From an uncultured archaeon (GTDB lineage Archaea > Asgardarchaeota > Lokiarchaeia > Sigyniarchaeales > SOKP01): DNA of 43,101 nt. The stretch lies in assembly GCA_964447495.1 (NCBI GenBank), contig CAYUTF010000013.1, positions 1 through 43,101 on the forward strand. Reading direction: 5' to 3'. Within the stretch, counting starts at the first letter, position 1. Every line of letters begins with the position of its first letter. Position numbers and translations under genes: made by a program. The notes beneath the pieces are model-generated. The model had not been told where the DNA came from. It did no database searches and saw nothing but the letters and a program-made list of their open reading frames with translations. This document shows, piece after piece, positions 1 to 10,005 of this stretch.

Positions 1-2430
1 AAATATTCCATTGATGATTTTCCTCGTTTAAAATATTTAAAAAATAGAAGATTTGCATTAAAACCTGCAATTTGTGTCGAACGGGCACAATTGGTAACTG
101 AATATCATAAAGAAAATGGTTTTGAAGTTGATAAACAAGGTGTTTTATTTGATCCTGAACTGCGCCAAGCAGGAGCGGTAAATTACATTATATCTAACAA
201 AAAGCCAATTATACATGACAAACATCTATTAGCTGGTTCAACAACTTCAAAAGAAGTGGGTATCCCAATGTATCCTGAACTTATTGCAACTGCTATTTGG
301 CCGGAGCTAAAAACTATATGTGATCGTGAGCTTAACCCAAATGATATTTCTGATAAAGATGCAGATATTTTAAGTTTAGAAGTCTTTCCTTATTGGATGG
401 AGCGAAATGTTAGAGAATATTGCAGAAAAAAATATAAAAATCCTAAATCGCAACATCTAGAGGAAGGGTGGGTTTTCTATTTTATGATGAAAACCAATGC
501 TATAAGTCATACTGTTCCTGGCTTTCCGATGGTAATCAATGAAGGATTGATAAGTGTTAAAGAAAGAGCTGCTGAAATGGAACGTAAAGCCACCACTTCT
601 GAGAAACGGAATTTTTATAAGGCTATTCAGATTACTATTGATGGTGTTTTAAATTATTCTAACCATTTGAGTGAAGAAGCATTAAAACTCGCAGAATCTT
701 TAGATTCTAATGATCCGGAGCAAGCTATACGCATAGATGAATTAAAAGAACTTTCTAGAATATGTAAAAAGGTACCTGCTACCCCTGCTGAGACTCTACA
801 TGAGGCAATTCAATCTATTTGGACTAGTTTTGTATGTTTACATTGTGAAAATGCTAATTCTGCACTCTCAATCGGACGATTAGATCAAATGTTACAACCG
901 TTCTTCCTTAAAGAAATTAAAAGTGCTTCAAATGAAGAAGAAAGAGAAAAAGTTATAAAAAAGGCTATTGAACTTGTAGGATCTTTATTTGTAAGGATTA
1001 ATGATCATGATCCTTTAATGCCAAATGTAGGATGGAAATTGTTTGGAGGGAGTTCATCAGATGATACTGTAACGGTAGGTGGTGTAGATAAAAATGGTGA
1101 TAATGCTGTAAATGATATGACCTTTATCATTTTAAAAACAAACGAGATGCTGGGATTCCAAGATCCTAATATGAATGCGCGATATTATTCAGGGGTTAAT
1201 TCTAAAGAATATTTAAGACGCTTATGTGAAGTAAATGTAAATATGGGCGCTTCTCCTAGTATTCATAATGATAAAACGATGATTGACGCTTTAGTACACG
1301 AAGATTTTTCACTTGAAGATGCTAGGAATTGGGCGGCTACTGGCTGCGTGGAGCCTACAATTGTTGGAAAGCATTATGGTCATACGAATTGTATGTTATT
1401 AAATCTGGTTGCCCCATTGGAAATGGCATTAAACAATGGAGTCATTCCTTTGACAGGAGAATTAGTAGGTCCTGAAACTGGTGATGTGAGAACATCGTTC
1501 CCCAGGTTTGAGGATTTTTACAATGCGTATAAAACTCAACTTAAATATTTAGCAGAACAATCGATTGAGATTAATAATTACCTTGGAGAAGCGCATAAAT
1601 ATGTGCATCCTACACCTCTATTGTCGGGATTTTATGAAGGTCCCTTAGAAAAAGGTAAAGATCTCATTCATGGCGGCGCTGTTTACAACACTTCTGGAGT
1701 CGCCCTTGTGGCCTTAACAGATGTAGTAGATAGTCTATTAGTTATTAAGGATATTGTCTATGAGAAGAAAGAATTAGATTTTGCTTCGTTTATGGATGCT
1801 ATCGAACAAAACTTCGAAAATGGCTACGAATCTGTTCTAAAAAAGATAGAAAGAGTGCCAAAATTTGGTTCTGGCGAAGATGGAACCATCGAACTCGCTC
1901 AAGATTTAATTGACTATTGCTATGAAATATATAATTCGACAGAAAATTATAGAGGCGGAAAGTATTTAGTTGGTTATTGGTCTATTAGCTATCATACAGG
2001 GTTCGGAATGCTTACAAATGCATTACCTTCAGGGAGAAAAAAGGGTAAGGCACTAACTCCTGGATTAACACCAGCCCCTGGTACTACTGATATATTACTT
2101 CCAAGTATTCATAGTGTGGCTAGTTTAGATCACTTGAAGATGGCTAATAATGCCTCATATAACGTCAAATTAGTTCCTCATCCAGGAGATTCCCATGCAG
2201 AAACACTAGATATATTTAATAGCTATGTACAGAGCTTTTTTGATTTAGGAGGAATGCAATGGCAATTTAATGTAGTAACTTCAGATACTTTAAGAGATGC
2301 GATGGAAAATCCAATTGATTATCGTTGGCTATTAGTTAGAGTTTCGGGTTACAATGCCTACTTTACAAAATTAAATAGAAATATGCAATTGGAACTAATT
2401 GAGAGACATGAATATCAATCTCGTCAGTAA
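1..2430 (+). CDS. Glycyl radical enzyme (PFL2/eliminase-like superfamily), 5'-truncated by the window
   Basis: Frame is open from base 1 (KYSIDDFPRLKYLK...ICVERAQL), so the TTG at 91 is not the true start. Cys-loop GCVEP at about 1342-1356; glycyl-radical motif RVSGY at about 2338-2352; SIGRLDQ; QFNV. Confidence 0.93.
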   Translation, partial: KYSIDDFPRLKYLKNRRFALKPAICVERAQLVTEYHKENGFEVDKQGVLFDPELRQAGAVNYIISNKKPIIHDKHLLAGSTTSKEVGIPMYPELIATAIWPELKTICDRELNPNDISDKDADILSLEVFPYWMERNVREYCRKKYKNPKSQHLEEGWVFYFMMKTNAISHTVPGFPMVINEGLISVKERAAEMERKATTSEKRNFYKAIQITIDGVLNYSNHLSEEALKLAESLDSNDPEQAIRIDELKELSRICKKVPATPAETLHEAIQSIWTSFVCLHCENANSALSIGRLDQMLQPFFLKEIKSASNEEEREKVIKKAIELVGSLFVRINDHDPLMPNVGWKLFGGSSSDDTVTVGGVDKNGDNAVNDMTFIILKTNEMLGFQDPNMNARYYSGVNSKEYLRRLCEVNVNMGASPSIHNDKTMIDALVHEDFSLEDARNWAATGCVEPTIVGKHYGHTNCMLLNLVAPLEMALNNGVIPLTGELVGPETGDVRTSFPRFEDFYNAYKTQLKYLAEQSIEINNYLGEAHKYVHPTPLLSGFYEGPLEKGKDLIHGGAVYNTSGVALVALTDVVDSLLVIKDIVYEKKELDFASFMDAIEQNFENGYESVLKKIERVPKFGSGEDGTIELAQDLIDYCYEIYNSTENYRGGKYLVGYWSISYHTGFGMLTNALPSGRKKGKALTPGLTPAPGTTDILLPSIHSVASLDHLKMANNASYNVKLVPHPGDSHAETLDIFNSYVQSFFDLGGMQWQFNVVTSDTLRDAMENPIDYRWLLVRVSGYNAYFTKLNRNMQLELIERHEYQSRQ

Positions 2431-2481
2431 AATTAAAACTCTTTTTTCTTTTTATATTAAAAATGAATTTTAATATATTCA

Positions 2482-3393
2482 ATGCAATCCATAATGAAAA
2501 ATAAGCCTCTAATAGTAGATGTAAAGAGAAATTCATTAGATGATGGTCCAGGTATAAGAACTGTTATTTTCTTTAAAGGATGTCCCTTATCATGCATTTG
2601 GTGTCAAAATCCAGAAGCTAAACATCCATTTCAAGAAATATCTTTTTATAAAAAAGATTGCTCTGAATGTGGAAAATGCATCGAAGTATGTGAAAGAAAT
2701 GCTATCCAATTTAAATTCAAATATCGGATAGACAGATATGTGTGTAATTTGTGCGGCAAATGTATTGAGTCATGTCCGAACAATGCCATAAAGTTTGTGG
2801 GCAAGATCTATGACATAAAAGAATTAATTTCCATCATTTTAAAGGATAAAATATTTTATGATAACTCTAACGGAGGGGTAACCCTTTCTGGAGGAGAACC
2901 ACTCATCCATATACCTTATGTACATAAATTAGTAAAAGAACTAAAGAAAGAGAATATACATACCTGTGTTGAAACTTGTGGTTATTATAATCAAGAACAA
3001 TTTAATGAATTAATTTTACCATATATCGACCTTATGTATTTTGATTTGAAAATTTACGATCCAAAATTACATACTAGATATTGTAAAGTTTCAAACAAGA
3101 GGATATTAGAAAATTTTAAAGATATCATTAAAAACAAATCAATAGAATTATTACCAAGGATTCCTCTTATACCTAATATAACTGATACTGATGTTAATTT
3201 GAGCAAATTAGCTAATTATTTGAAAACCCTAAATATAAAAAAAATAAGATTATTACCTTATAATCCACTCTGGCTCTCTAAACCAGAAATGATAGGATTA
3301 AAATTGTCCTATGATTATTCTGAATGGTTAAGTAATACAGATAAAGAAAGAATTAAATCAATTTTTTCTGATTTTGAATTTAACGTTTTTTAA
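2482..3393 (+). CDS. Glycyl-radical enzyme activating protein (radical SAM with ferredoxin insert)
   Basis: DGPGIRT, GCPLSCIWCQNPE (CxxxCxxC), two CxxCxxCxxxC ferredoxin motifs, GGVTLSGGEP; directly downstream of the GRE. Confidence 0.95.
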   Translation: MQSIMKNKPLIVDVKRNSLDDGPGIRTVIFFKGCPLSCIWCQNPEAKHPFQEISFYKKDCSECGKCIEVCERNAIQFKFKYRIDRYVCNLCGKCIESCPNNAIKFVGKIYDIKELISIILKDKIFYDNSNGGVTLSGGEPLIHIPYVHKLVKELKKENIHTCVETCGYYNQEQFNELILPYIDLMYFDLKIYDPKLHTRYCKVSNKRILENFKDIIKNKSIELLPRIPLIPNITDTDVNLSKLANYLKTLNIKKIRLLPYNPLWLSKPEMIGLKLSYDYSEWLSNTDKERIKSIFSDFEFNVF

Positions 3394-3540
3394 TTAAGCC
3401 TTATAATTTATTATTTCTAATTTTTAGATTATTAAAATAACGTTTCCATAACATTTAAATAAATAAACTTTATATATATAACATAAACATATCTTTTAAT
3501 ATTATAAAAGTTTTTTGTATAACAATTACTTTTTAAAAAA

Positions 3541-3545
3541 GGTGA
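3541..3545 (+). promoter_or_regulatory. Archaeal-type Shine-Dalgarno GGTGA
   Basis: GGTGA 6 nt upstream of ATG 3552. The same motif precedes the minus-strand starts at 7319, 16602 and 16987. Confidence 0.6.
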
Positions 3546-3551
3546 AATTGA

Positions 3552-4115
3552 ATGACAACTATTGCAGAAAAATTAATAAAAGAATTAAAAACTAAAGCTT
3601 TAACAATTCTTCAATTAAGTGAAATCACAGGGATTGAAGAACCTAAAATAAGGACTACAATTTATAGATTAAAAGAAAAAACTGTAGTACAAGAGACAGG
3701 AATGTTTTTAGACAGATATAAAATATACAAACTTTCAGACAATTTGTTTAATGCATCTTTCATAATGCGAATGATAAAAAAGCTTGATGGTGTAAAAGCC
3801 GTCATTCTTATAAGCGATGTTGATGGCGCACCAATAAGCAGTATACTTCCGGAAGGAATTAATGAATCACGTTATGCATTAATGACTGTAGCTATCTTTA
3901 GTTTGATGGAAAGAGCATGTAAAGAAATTAATAAAGGAAAATTTAAATTTTGTAACATTGAAGGAGAAGATGGAAAACTTCTTATCATTTCCTTTAATAA
4001 AGGGTTAATTTTATCGATTTCATTCGATTCAACAGTTGATAATGACCTGATGTTTACATCATATATCAAAATTATTGATTTGATAAGTACTTCTTTATCT
4101 GATTTAATTCAATAG
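3552..4115 (+). CDS. N-terminal winged-HTH fused to a Roadblock/LC7 (MglB-like) domain
   Basis: LTILQLSEITGIEEPKIRTTIYRLKEK is HTH-like. GVKAVILISDVDGAPISS...AIFSLMERACKEINKGKFKFCNIEGEDGKLLII matches the Roadblock pattern. Confidence 0.8.
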   Translation: MTTIAEKLIKELKTKALTILQLSEITGIEEPKIRTTIYRLKEKTVVQETGMFLDRYKIYKLSDNLFNASFIMRMIKKLDGVKAVILISDVDGAPISSILPEGINESRYALMTVAIFSLMERACKEINKGKFKFCNIEGEDGKLLIISFNKGLILSISFDSTVDNDLMFTSYIKIIDLISTSLSDLIQ

Positions 4116-4253
4116 AGTTTTATTTAAAAATTAGGCTGGTTTTCAAGTCTTTTTCATAAAAAATCTTTTCAATAAAGAGTGTTATGGAAAGTTTAATAAA
4201 ATAAGGAACTGAAATTATTACTAGAATTCTATAATTTTTAAAAGAGTAAAATA

Positions 4254-6059
4254 ATGGGAAAAATTTTAAGAGTTGATTTAGATACAAAAAAGATCTCTAC
4301 GGAAGATCTTAACCCTTCTGATGAAGAAAATTATATTGGTGGTACTGGTGTCGCCACTGCGATATTTACACGTGAAGTTCCGGCAAAAACTGATCCATAT
4401 GATGGTAAAAATCTCCTGATCTTTTCATTAGGACCAATTTGCGGTACTCCTGTTCCATTTTGCGGACGTCATTTTGTAATGGCAAAATCACCTTTAACCA
4501 ATATCATAGGTGAGTCCTCAGCAGGTGGTTTTTTTGGGAATGAAATGAAGAAAGCAGGATATGATCATATTATTATTAAGGGAAAAAGCGAAAATCCTGT
4601 ATTCTTATGGATCAATAATGAAAAAATAGAGATTAAAGATGCTAGTGATATTTGGGGGAAGGGTGTTTTATATACAGATTCTCATATAAAAGACATATTA
4701 AAAGACGACAAAATCAAAATTGCTATTATTGGACAAGCGGGTGAAAACCTTGTGAATTTTGCTTCGATTATGAGTGAAAAAGACCATGCAGCAGGAAGAT
4801 GCGGAATGGGTGCTGTAATGGGGAGTAAAAATTTAAAAGCAATCGCAGTTAAAGGAACTAATAAAATAAATGTACACGATAGGGAGAAACTTCTACAAAA
4901 TGTTAAAGAAATAAATGAAATGGTAAAGAATTCTGGATTAGCAACTGTTATGCATGAATTAGGTACCCCACCTCATATGGATAATTATGTAAGTTCAGGA
5001 GATGTACCAATTAAGAATTTTTCTTTAAGCCGTTGGAAAGGAACCAAAGAAATTGGAGTTTTTAGGATAAAGGAGCGCGGAGAAGTTAAATTACATGGAT
5101 GCTTTAATTGTGCTGTAGCTTGTAGAGGTAAAATTAAATATGAAGAAAATTGGATTGCTTGGCCGGAATATGAAACACTCGCTATGATGGGGTCAAACTT
5201 AATGATTAATGATTTAGAATCTCTCATTAAATGGAATTTAGCTATAAATGACATGGGAATGGATACGATATCGCTTGGTGGAACTTTGGCAGTATTTTTA
5301 GAAGCAGTAGACAGAAAATTGATCAATATTGAACACGAAAAGTTTGGATTTCAAAAAAATCCTGATAACCCTGATAAATATATGATATGGGGTGCTACGA
5401 CACCTATTGATATATTAATTAAAAAAGTTGCTATGAGAGAGGGAATCGGAAATGATCTGGCTGATGGCGTGAAGATTTTTTGTAATAAATATCAGTTACC
5501 TGATGATCTTAACATTCATGGAAAAGGATTGGAAATTCCAGCTCATGAGCCTCGATCCAACAATATGACAGCTTTAGATTATGCTACATCTTCACGAGGT
5601 GCATATCATGGCTTTGAGCCTTTTCATCTATCGTTTGCTGCACATTTTAAGGAGGAGCTAGGGTTAATAGAACGTATCGATCCCTTTAGTAAAGAAGATG
5701 CCGTAGAAGTTGTCAAAAAAATACAAGATGCTTGTGAAGCATATACTGCTACTGGAGGGTGTATATATGGTTTTTTTTATACTCATCGTATTACTCCTTG
5801 GGTTGAAGCATTAAATGCAATTACTAATCGAAGTTACTCAGTAGCCGAATGGGTTGGCATAGGGGAAAAATTATTTAATTTGAAGAGAAAATATAATATT
5901 GAATGTGGAATAACTAAAGAAGATGATAGAATCGGTACTAGGTTTTCTATACCAATAGAAAAAGGAGGAACGAAGAAAAATGTACCCCCGCTCAAAGAAA
6001 TGCTTCAAAAATATTACAAATTTAGAGGATGGGACACAGAGGGAAAACCTAAAAGTTAA
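4254..6059 (+). CDS. aor: Aldehyde:ferredoxin oxidoreductase family (tungstopterin)
   Basis: ILRVDL N-terminus, KSPLT, ESSAGG, AAGRCGMGAVMGSKNLKAIAV, CFNCAVAC, PEYET, GMDTIS, C-terminal YYKFRGWD. Confidence 0.93.
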   Translation: MGKILRVDLDTKKISTEDLNPSDEENYIGGTGVATAIFTREVPAKTDPYDGKNLLIFSLGPICGTPVPFCGRHFVMAKSPLTNIIGESSAGGFFGNEMKKAGYDHIIIKGKSENPVFLWINNEKIEIKDASDIWGKGVLYTDSHIKDILKDDKIKIAIIGQAGENLVNFASIMSEKDHAAGRCGMGAVMGSKNLKAIAVKGTNKINVHDREKLLQNVKEINEMVKNSGLATVMHELGTPPHMDNYVSSGDVPIKNFSLSRWKGTKEIGVFRIKERGEVKLHGCFNCAVACRGKIKYEENWIAWPEYETLAMMGSNLMINDLESLIKWNLAINDMGMDTISLGGTLAVFLEAVDRKLINIEHEKFGFQKNPDNPDKYMIWGATTPIDILIKKVAMREGIGNDLADGVKIFCNKYQLPDDLNIHGKGLEIPAHEPRSNNMTALDYATSSRGAYHGFEPFHLSFAAHFKEELGLIERIDPFSKEDAVEVVKKIQDACEAYTATGGCIYGFFYTHRITPWVEALNAITNRSYSVAEWVGIGEKLFNLKRKYNIECGITKEDDRIGTRFSIPIEKGGTKKNVPPLKEMLQKYYKFRGWDTEGKPKS

Positions 6060-6086
6060 TAAAAAAAATTAAAATAATTAATTTTC

Positions 6087-7319
6087 TCATACACTTCTAG
6101 GGACTTCAATTTCGAGATTACTCATAGGATATGATGAACAAGGATGAAAGTAATTCATTATCTTATCTGCAGCTCTTCTTCCATCACTATTTGGGTTAAT
6201 AAATATATCACCTGAAATTAATACTGAACGACAAAAACCACACTTTCCTGAGCGACATATAGACGGAGGTGCTAATTTAGCTCTTTCCATCGCTACTAAA
6301 ATACTTTCAAAAGCGTTTGCAGGTATTTCTTTTAATACATTTCCAATGGATACCTTAATTTTGAATGTTTTTTCAGCAATTTTTTTAGGAAAATTAGGAA
6401 TATTTACAACATCCTTTATTTCTCCAAAAACCTCCTTTCGGATACGTTTCATGGGTAAACTAAATTTTTCTAGTTCCTTATCTATGAAATCATACATAAT
6501 CTGTGGTCCACAAATGAAGAATGAGCTATTATCTAATTTACAATATTTTTCTATGAGTTGAGCAGTCATAAATCCTTGCTCACAATCGGGTAAATTAACC
6601 TCTTCGCAACTTAGGATATTTATAATCTTAATTTTTTCAGGATACCTTTTTTCATAATCCTTAAATTCATCATAAAATAGGATATCATCCTCTTCACTAC
6701 TGCCATAAAGTACAGTTAAAGTTATGTTTAGTTTACCTTCCATAATTTCTTTCGCAAATGATCGGAATGGCGTAATTCCTGAACCCCCAGCAATACACAT
6801 GATTTCTCTTGAATCTCGCAAAGGATCATAATAAAAATATCCGTTAGGTCCAGAACTCTCAATCTTAGTGCCAACTTTCCAATTTTCCCATATGAAGCTA
6901 GTTAAAAAGCCATTTTCCTCCTTTCTAATGGTAATTTCATAAAAACCTTTTAAGGCATCCGATGGTGATGAGGATATTGAATAGGGGCGTGTAATCGGAA
7001 TATCATCTACTTCAACTTTCAAGCTTAAAAACTGTCCTGCTCTAAAATATGCTAACTTTTTGGTGTTTGAATCGGGATCGGCTATAAATTTAAATGTTTT
7101 AGCCGATTTTGTCTCATCTTTTATTTCACTTATTACTAAATTTTGTTTAGAAGGATGTAACTGGTTAGCTAAATTATTTACAGGATCAAATTTTATGAAA
7201 TCTTCGGGTGCTTTGTCAATATGTTTTTTTCTAACAGAAGCTAAATTCTTAAATGCTAATAAATCTCGAATATTTCCTTTGACGGATATCTTAAAATCTA
7301 TTTCTTTCTCTTTGTTCAT
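6087..7319 (-). CDS. FAD/NAD(P)H-binding FNR-type reductase with C-terminal 2Fe-2S ferredoxin (PaaE/Hcr-like)
   Basis: FRAGQF, RPYSISS, GPNG, IAGGSGITPF, FICGP, CRSGKCGFC...C; overlaps the upstream stop (ATGA, 7316-7319). Confidence 0.9.
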   Translation of the reverse strand: MNKEKEIDFKISVKGNIRDLLAFKNLASVRKKHIDKAPEDFIKFDPVNNLANQLHPSKQNLVISEIKDETKSAKTFKFIADPDSNTKKLAYFRAGQFLSLKVEVDDIPITRPYSISSSPSDALKGFYEITIRKEENGFLTSFIWENWKVGTKIESSGPNGYFYYDPLRDSREIMCIAGGSGITPFRSFAKEIMEGKLNITLTVLYGSSEEDDILFYDEFKDYEKRYPEKIKIINILSCEEVNLPDCEQGFMTAQLIEKYCKLDNSSFFICGPQIMYDFIDKELEKFSLPMKRIRKEVFGEIKDVVNIPNFPKKIAEKTFKIKVSIGNVLKEIPANAFESILVAMERAKLAPPSICRSGKCGFCRSVLISGDIFINPNSDGRRAADKIMNYFHPCSSYPMSNLEIEVPRSV

Positions 7320-8887
7320 TGGGGATCACCTTTTTCTTTTAATTGTTGTAAGGTAAGAAAAGCAGCTATTTGCCCTGAAAGTAATGCATTAGTATAGCTT
7401 TGACAATTTGCTGAGAACCCCCCGCAGAATTCTAATCCCTTTACATACTTTTCATCATTCATTGCCATTAATCGTGGCATAAAAGAATCCCATGGATCTG
7501 TTTCATATCCATAAGCAGACCCTCCAAAAGTACCTGTATATCGTGCCAATGTTTGAGGCGTTGCAATTTCAATCTCTTCAATATGCTCTCTTATCGAAGT
7601 CTTTGTAGCAAATTCAAAGGTGTTAATTAGATGTCGAGCAATTCGATTTTTTAAATTGAAATAATCCTCAGGGTTTACACTTTTCCAAGCTTCGGGAAGG
7701 AAAAAAGCTGTGATTGAAAGTATACAAGTACCTTGAGGTGAACAATCGGGTATTGCGTTGTTCAAACAAATAGTAGCTTGTGCCTTCGGAGGATTCAAAG
7801 TCTTAAAAGATTCATAAATTTCTTCAGTATCAGAGCTATCATAAATATGATAGCTATAGTTGGTAATTCCCAATTCCTCAACACTAGCATTTAAACCTAA
7901 ATAGACAACAAAACAACTAATAGCATGTCGACGGGCGTTCATATTTTTTAGAGCCCTTGATGGGATTTCATTTTTAGGATATATCAGGTTATTATAGACT
8001 AAGGTCGGAGAGGCATTAGAAATTATGTGTTTTGTTTGAATTTTATCTCCTTTAGTGGTTTCAATGCCCATAACTTGTCCATTTTCTACTATTATCTTAT
8101 TTACTTTTGAGTTGTATAATATTTTACCTCCTTTCTCCCTAATTTTTGATTCTAATGCCGCAGTATACCCATGAGATCGATATTTTGGAATATATGCTTT
8201 TCTTATTAAAAAATAATAATGCATTGCAGCATAGAAAGTAAAATTTATTCTGCTAGTAGGAATGCCAATATAACACCAATATGCATTTAAAATATCTTGA
8301 GCTCTTTTAGGAATTTTAAGTGCATCATTTACTTGATCTAAGGTATAAGGCGCTGTTTTAAGAAAATTCTTATAATTTTTTATTAATATGTCTTTATCTG
8401 GATTTCCTTCAGATTCTGTAATATAATTAATAGCTTCAGTTATTTCTTGAGATAATCTAATGTAATCTATGATAGAATCTTTACTTCCTGGAACCTCTCT
8501 TTCCATCATATTGATAAATTTTTCTCTCCCAAAGGGTACTACAACGTCTAGCTTCTCATTTGGATCATTAATAATTAACCTAAAAGCCTCAGAGATCTCC
8601 ACAAAATCTACGTTTATTTCAATATCATCCTCAAATAGTCTTCTTATGGAACCTTTATTTGTTTCCGGTCCAAAATCACATAATTCATGGAGTGCTCCTT
8701 CGAATTCAAACCTTCCCCTGACAAAGCTGGTAGCAAAACCTCCAGGTAGATTATGTTGTTCACAGAGTATAACTTTAGCTCCTTCAATTGCCAGTTGTGC
8801 AGCGGCTATTAACCCACCATTTCCCGCACCAATAACAACAGCATCAAAGTCATCCTCTATTAATTGTTCATTGATTTCTTCAACCAT
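7316..8887 (-). CDS. Phytoene dehydrogenase/RetSat-like FAD-dependent oxidoreductase
   Basis: VIGAGNGGL Rossmann motif, EQHNLPGGFATSFVRGRFEFE, FVVYLG, ATPQTLARYT..GGSAYG. Confidence 0.85.
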   Translation of the reverse strand: MVEEINEQLIEDDFDAVVIGAGNGGLIAAAQLAIEGAKVILCEQHNLPGGFATSFVRGRFEFEGALHELCDFGPETNKGSIRRLFEDDIEINVDFVEISEAFRLIINDPNEKLDVVVPFGREKFINMMEREVPGSKDSIIDYIRLSQEITEAINYITESEGNPDKDILIKNYKNFLKTAPYTLDQVNDALKIPKRAQDILNAYWCYIGIPTSRINFTFYAAMHYYFLIRKAYIPKYRSHGYTAALESKIREKGGKILYNSKVNKIIVENGQVMGIETTKGDKIQTKHIISNASPTLVYNNLIYPKNEIPSRALKNMNARRHAISCFVVYLGLNASVEELGITNYSYHIYDSSDTEEIYESFKTLNPPKAQATICLNNAIPDCSPQGTCILSITAFFLPEAWKSVNPEDYFNLKNRIARHLINTFEFATKTSIREHIEEIEIATPQTLARYTGTFGGSAYGYETDPWDSFMPRLMAMNDEKYVKGLEFCGGFSANCQSYTNALLSGQIAAFLTLQQLKEKGDPQ

Positions 8888-9084
8888 TTCATGAAACCCC
8901 TAATATAATTAGTATTTTGTGATACAATTTCATTAAATTTTCGAACTATTTTATATCTTATTTTCTTCAAAATTGAAATTAATACTAATAAAGATTTATT
9001 GTTTTAGAGAATTAATTAATGATTTATCTGAACATTTTAATTGAAAGATTTCTATTATTATCAAAACTATATAAATTGATATAA

Positions 9085-9483
9085 ATGGATGAAGCCGAAT
9101 TAGAAGAAATTGATAATTTTTTATATGAATTTGCTATAAAACGATTTGAGGTACTTTTTAAATTCATGCTGATGGGGCAAAAAAGGTTAAAGTCCTATAT
9201 AATGCTTGTTGTTAGGGCATTGGTACGTTGTATACATCATATCGACAGAGACATATATCTAAAGGATGTTCTTGAGGTAGTAATGGCGGAAGCAGATTAT
9301 ATGCTAAAGGAAGATATGTTTAAAATAGATTTTAAGAACATTGCACGAATAAGATACTCTGAAGAGTTCCAAAATATGATAAAGAGTGAAATTCATCTTT
9401 GGATAATATATCTCACAGAAAATAATAAAATTCCACCGAACTTTACCTATGATCGATTTTTAGGAAGATTATCTGTTCTATAG
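9085..9483 (+). CDS. Hypothetical helical protein
   Basis: 132-aa ATG ORF filling the gap, followed by a T-run; no motif recognised. Confidence 0.6.
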   Translation: MDEAELEEIDNFLYEFAIKRFEVLFKFMLMGQKRLKSYIMLVVRALVRCIHHIDRDIYLKDVLEVVMAEADYMLKEDMFKIDFKNIARIRYSEEFQNMIKSEIHLWIIYLTENNKIPPNFTYDRFLGRLSVL

Positions 9484-9541
9484 CTACTTTGTTTTATTTT
9501 TTTTTTTAATATATTTGCTAAATTTTGTTAAGGGAGTTAAT

Positions 9542-10000
9542 ATGAAAGAGAATGTTATTATTGATTTAAGTTATCGATGGTTCGAAAAGATGTGGAGTAA
9601 GCCAGATTTCAAATTAGCTGATAAATTAGTCGATTCCGAATACCATCCAGACTGGATTCATATGGATAAGAAAGGTCCTGAGCTTATTAAACATGAAATC
9701 AAATACTTTCGTTCTATTTTCCCTGATTTGGAATATAAAATAGTCAATATTATAGACCAAGCAGATAAAGTATGGTTAAGATATAAAGCTAAAGGAACCC
9801 AGAAAGGAAATTTCTGGGGATTCGAACCGACTAATAAACATGTAGAATTTGAAGGAGCAGCAATTTTATATTATAACGAAAAAAATAAAGTAGTTAATCT
9901 CTGGGAATCATATTGTTTTTACGATATACTTGAAGAATTAAAATTAGTGCCCCCATTTTGGGAGTTACATAAATATTTTAAAGAATATGGTAAAAAATAA
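9542..10000 (+). CDS. SnoaL-like ester cyclase (NTF2 fold)
   Basis: FRSIFPDL, DKVWLRY..GTQKGNFWGFEPTNKHVEFEG; ATG 9542 preceded by AGGGAG. Confidence 0.85.
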   Translation: MKENVIIDLSYRWFEKMWSKPDFKLADKLVDSEYHPDWIHMDKKGPELIKHEIKYFRSIFPDLEYKIVNIIDQADKVWLRYKAKGTQKGNFWGFEPTNKHVEFEGAAILYYNEKNKVVNLWESYCFYDILEELKLVPPFWELHKYFKEYGKK

Positions 10001-10005
10001 GTTAT

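Noticed and set aside
1-2430. Calling the GRE pyruvate formate-lyase or a fumarate-adding enzyme
   Set aside because: It lacks the adjacent CC pair of PFL, and no small bssB/C-like subunits are in view; the CVE loop suggests the eliminase/PFL2 type.
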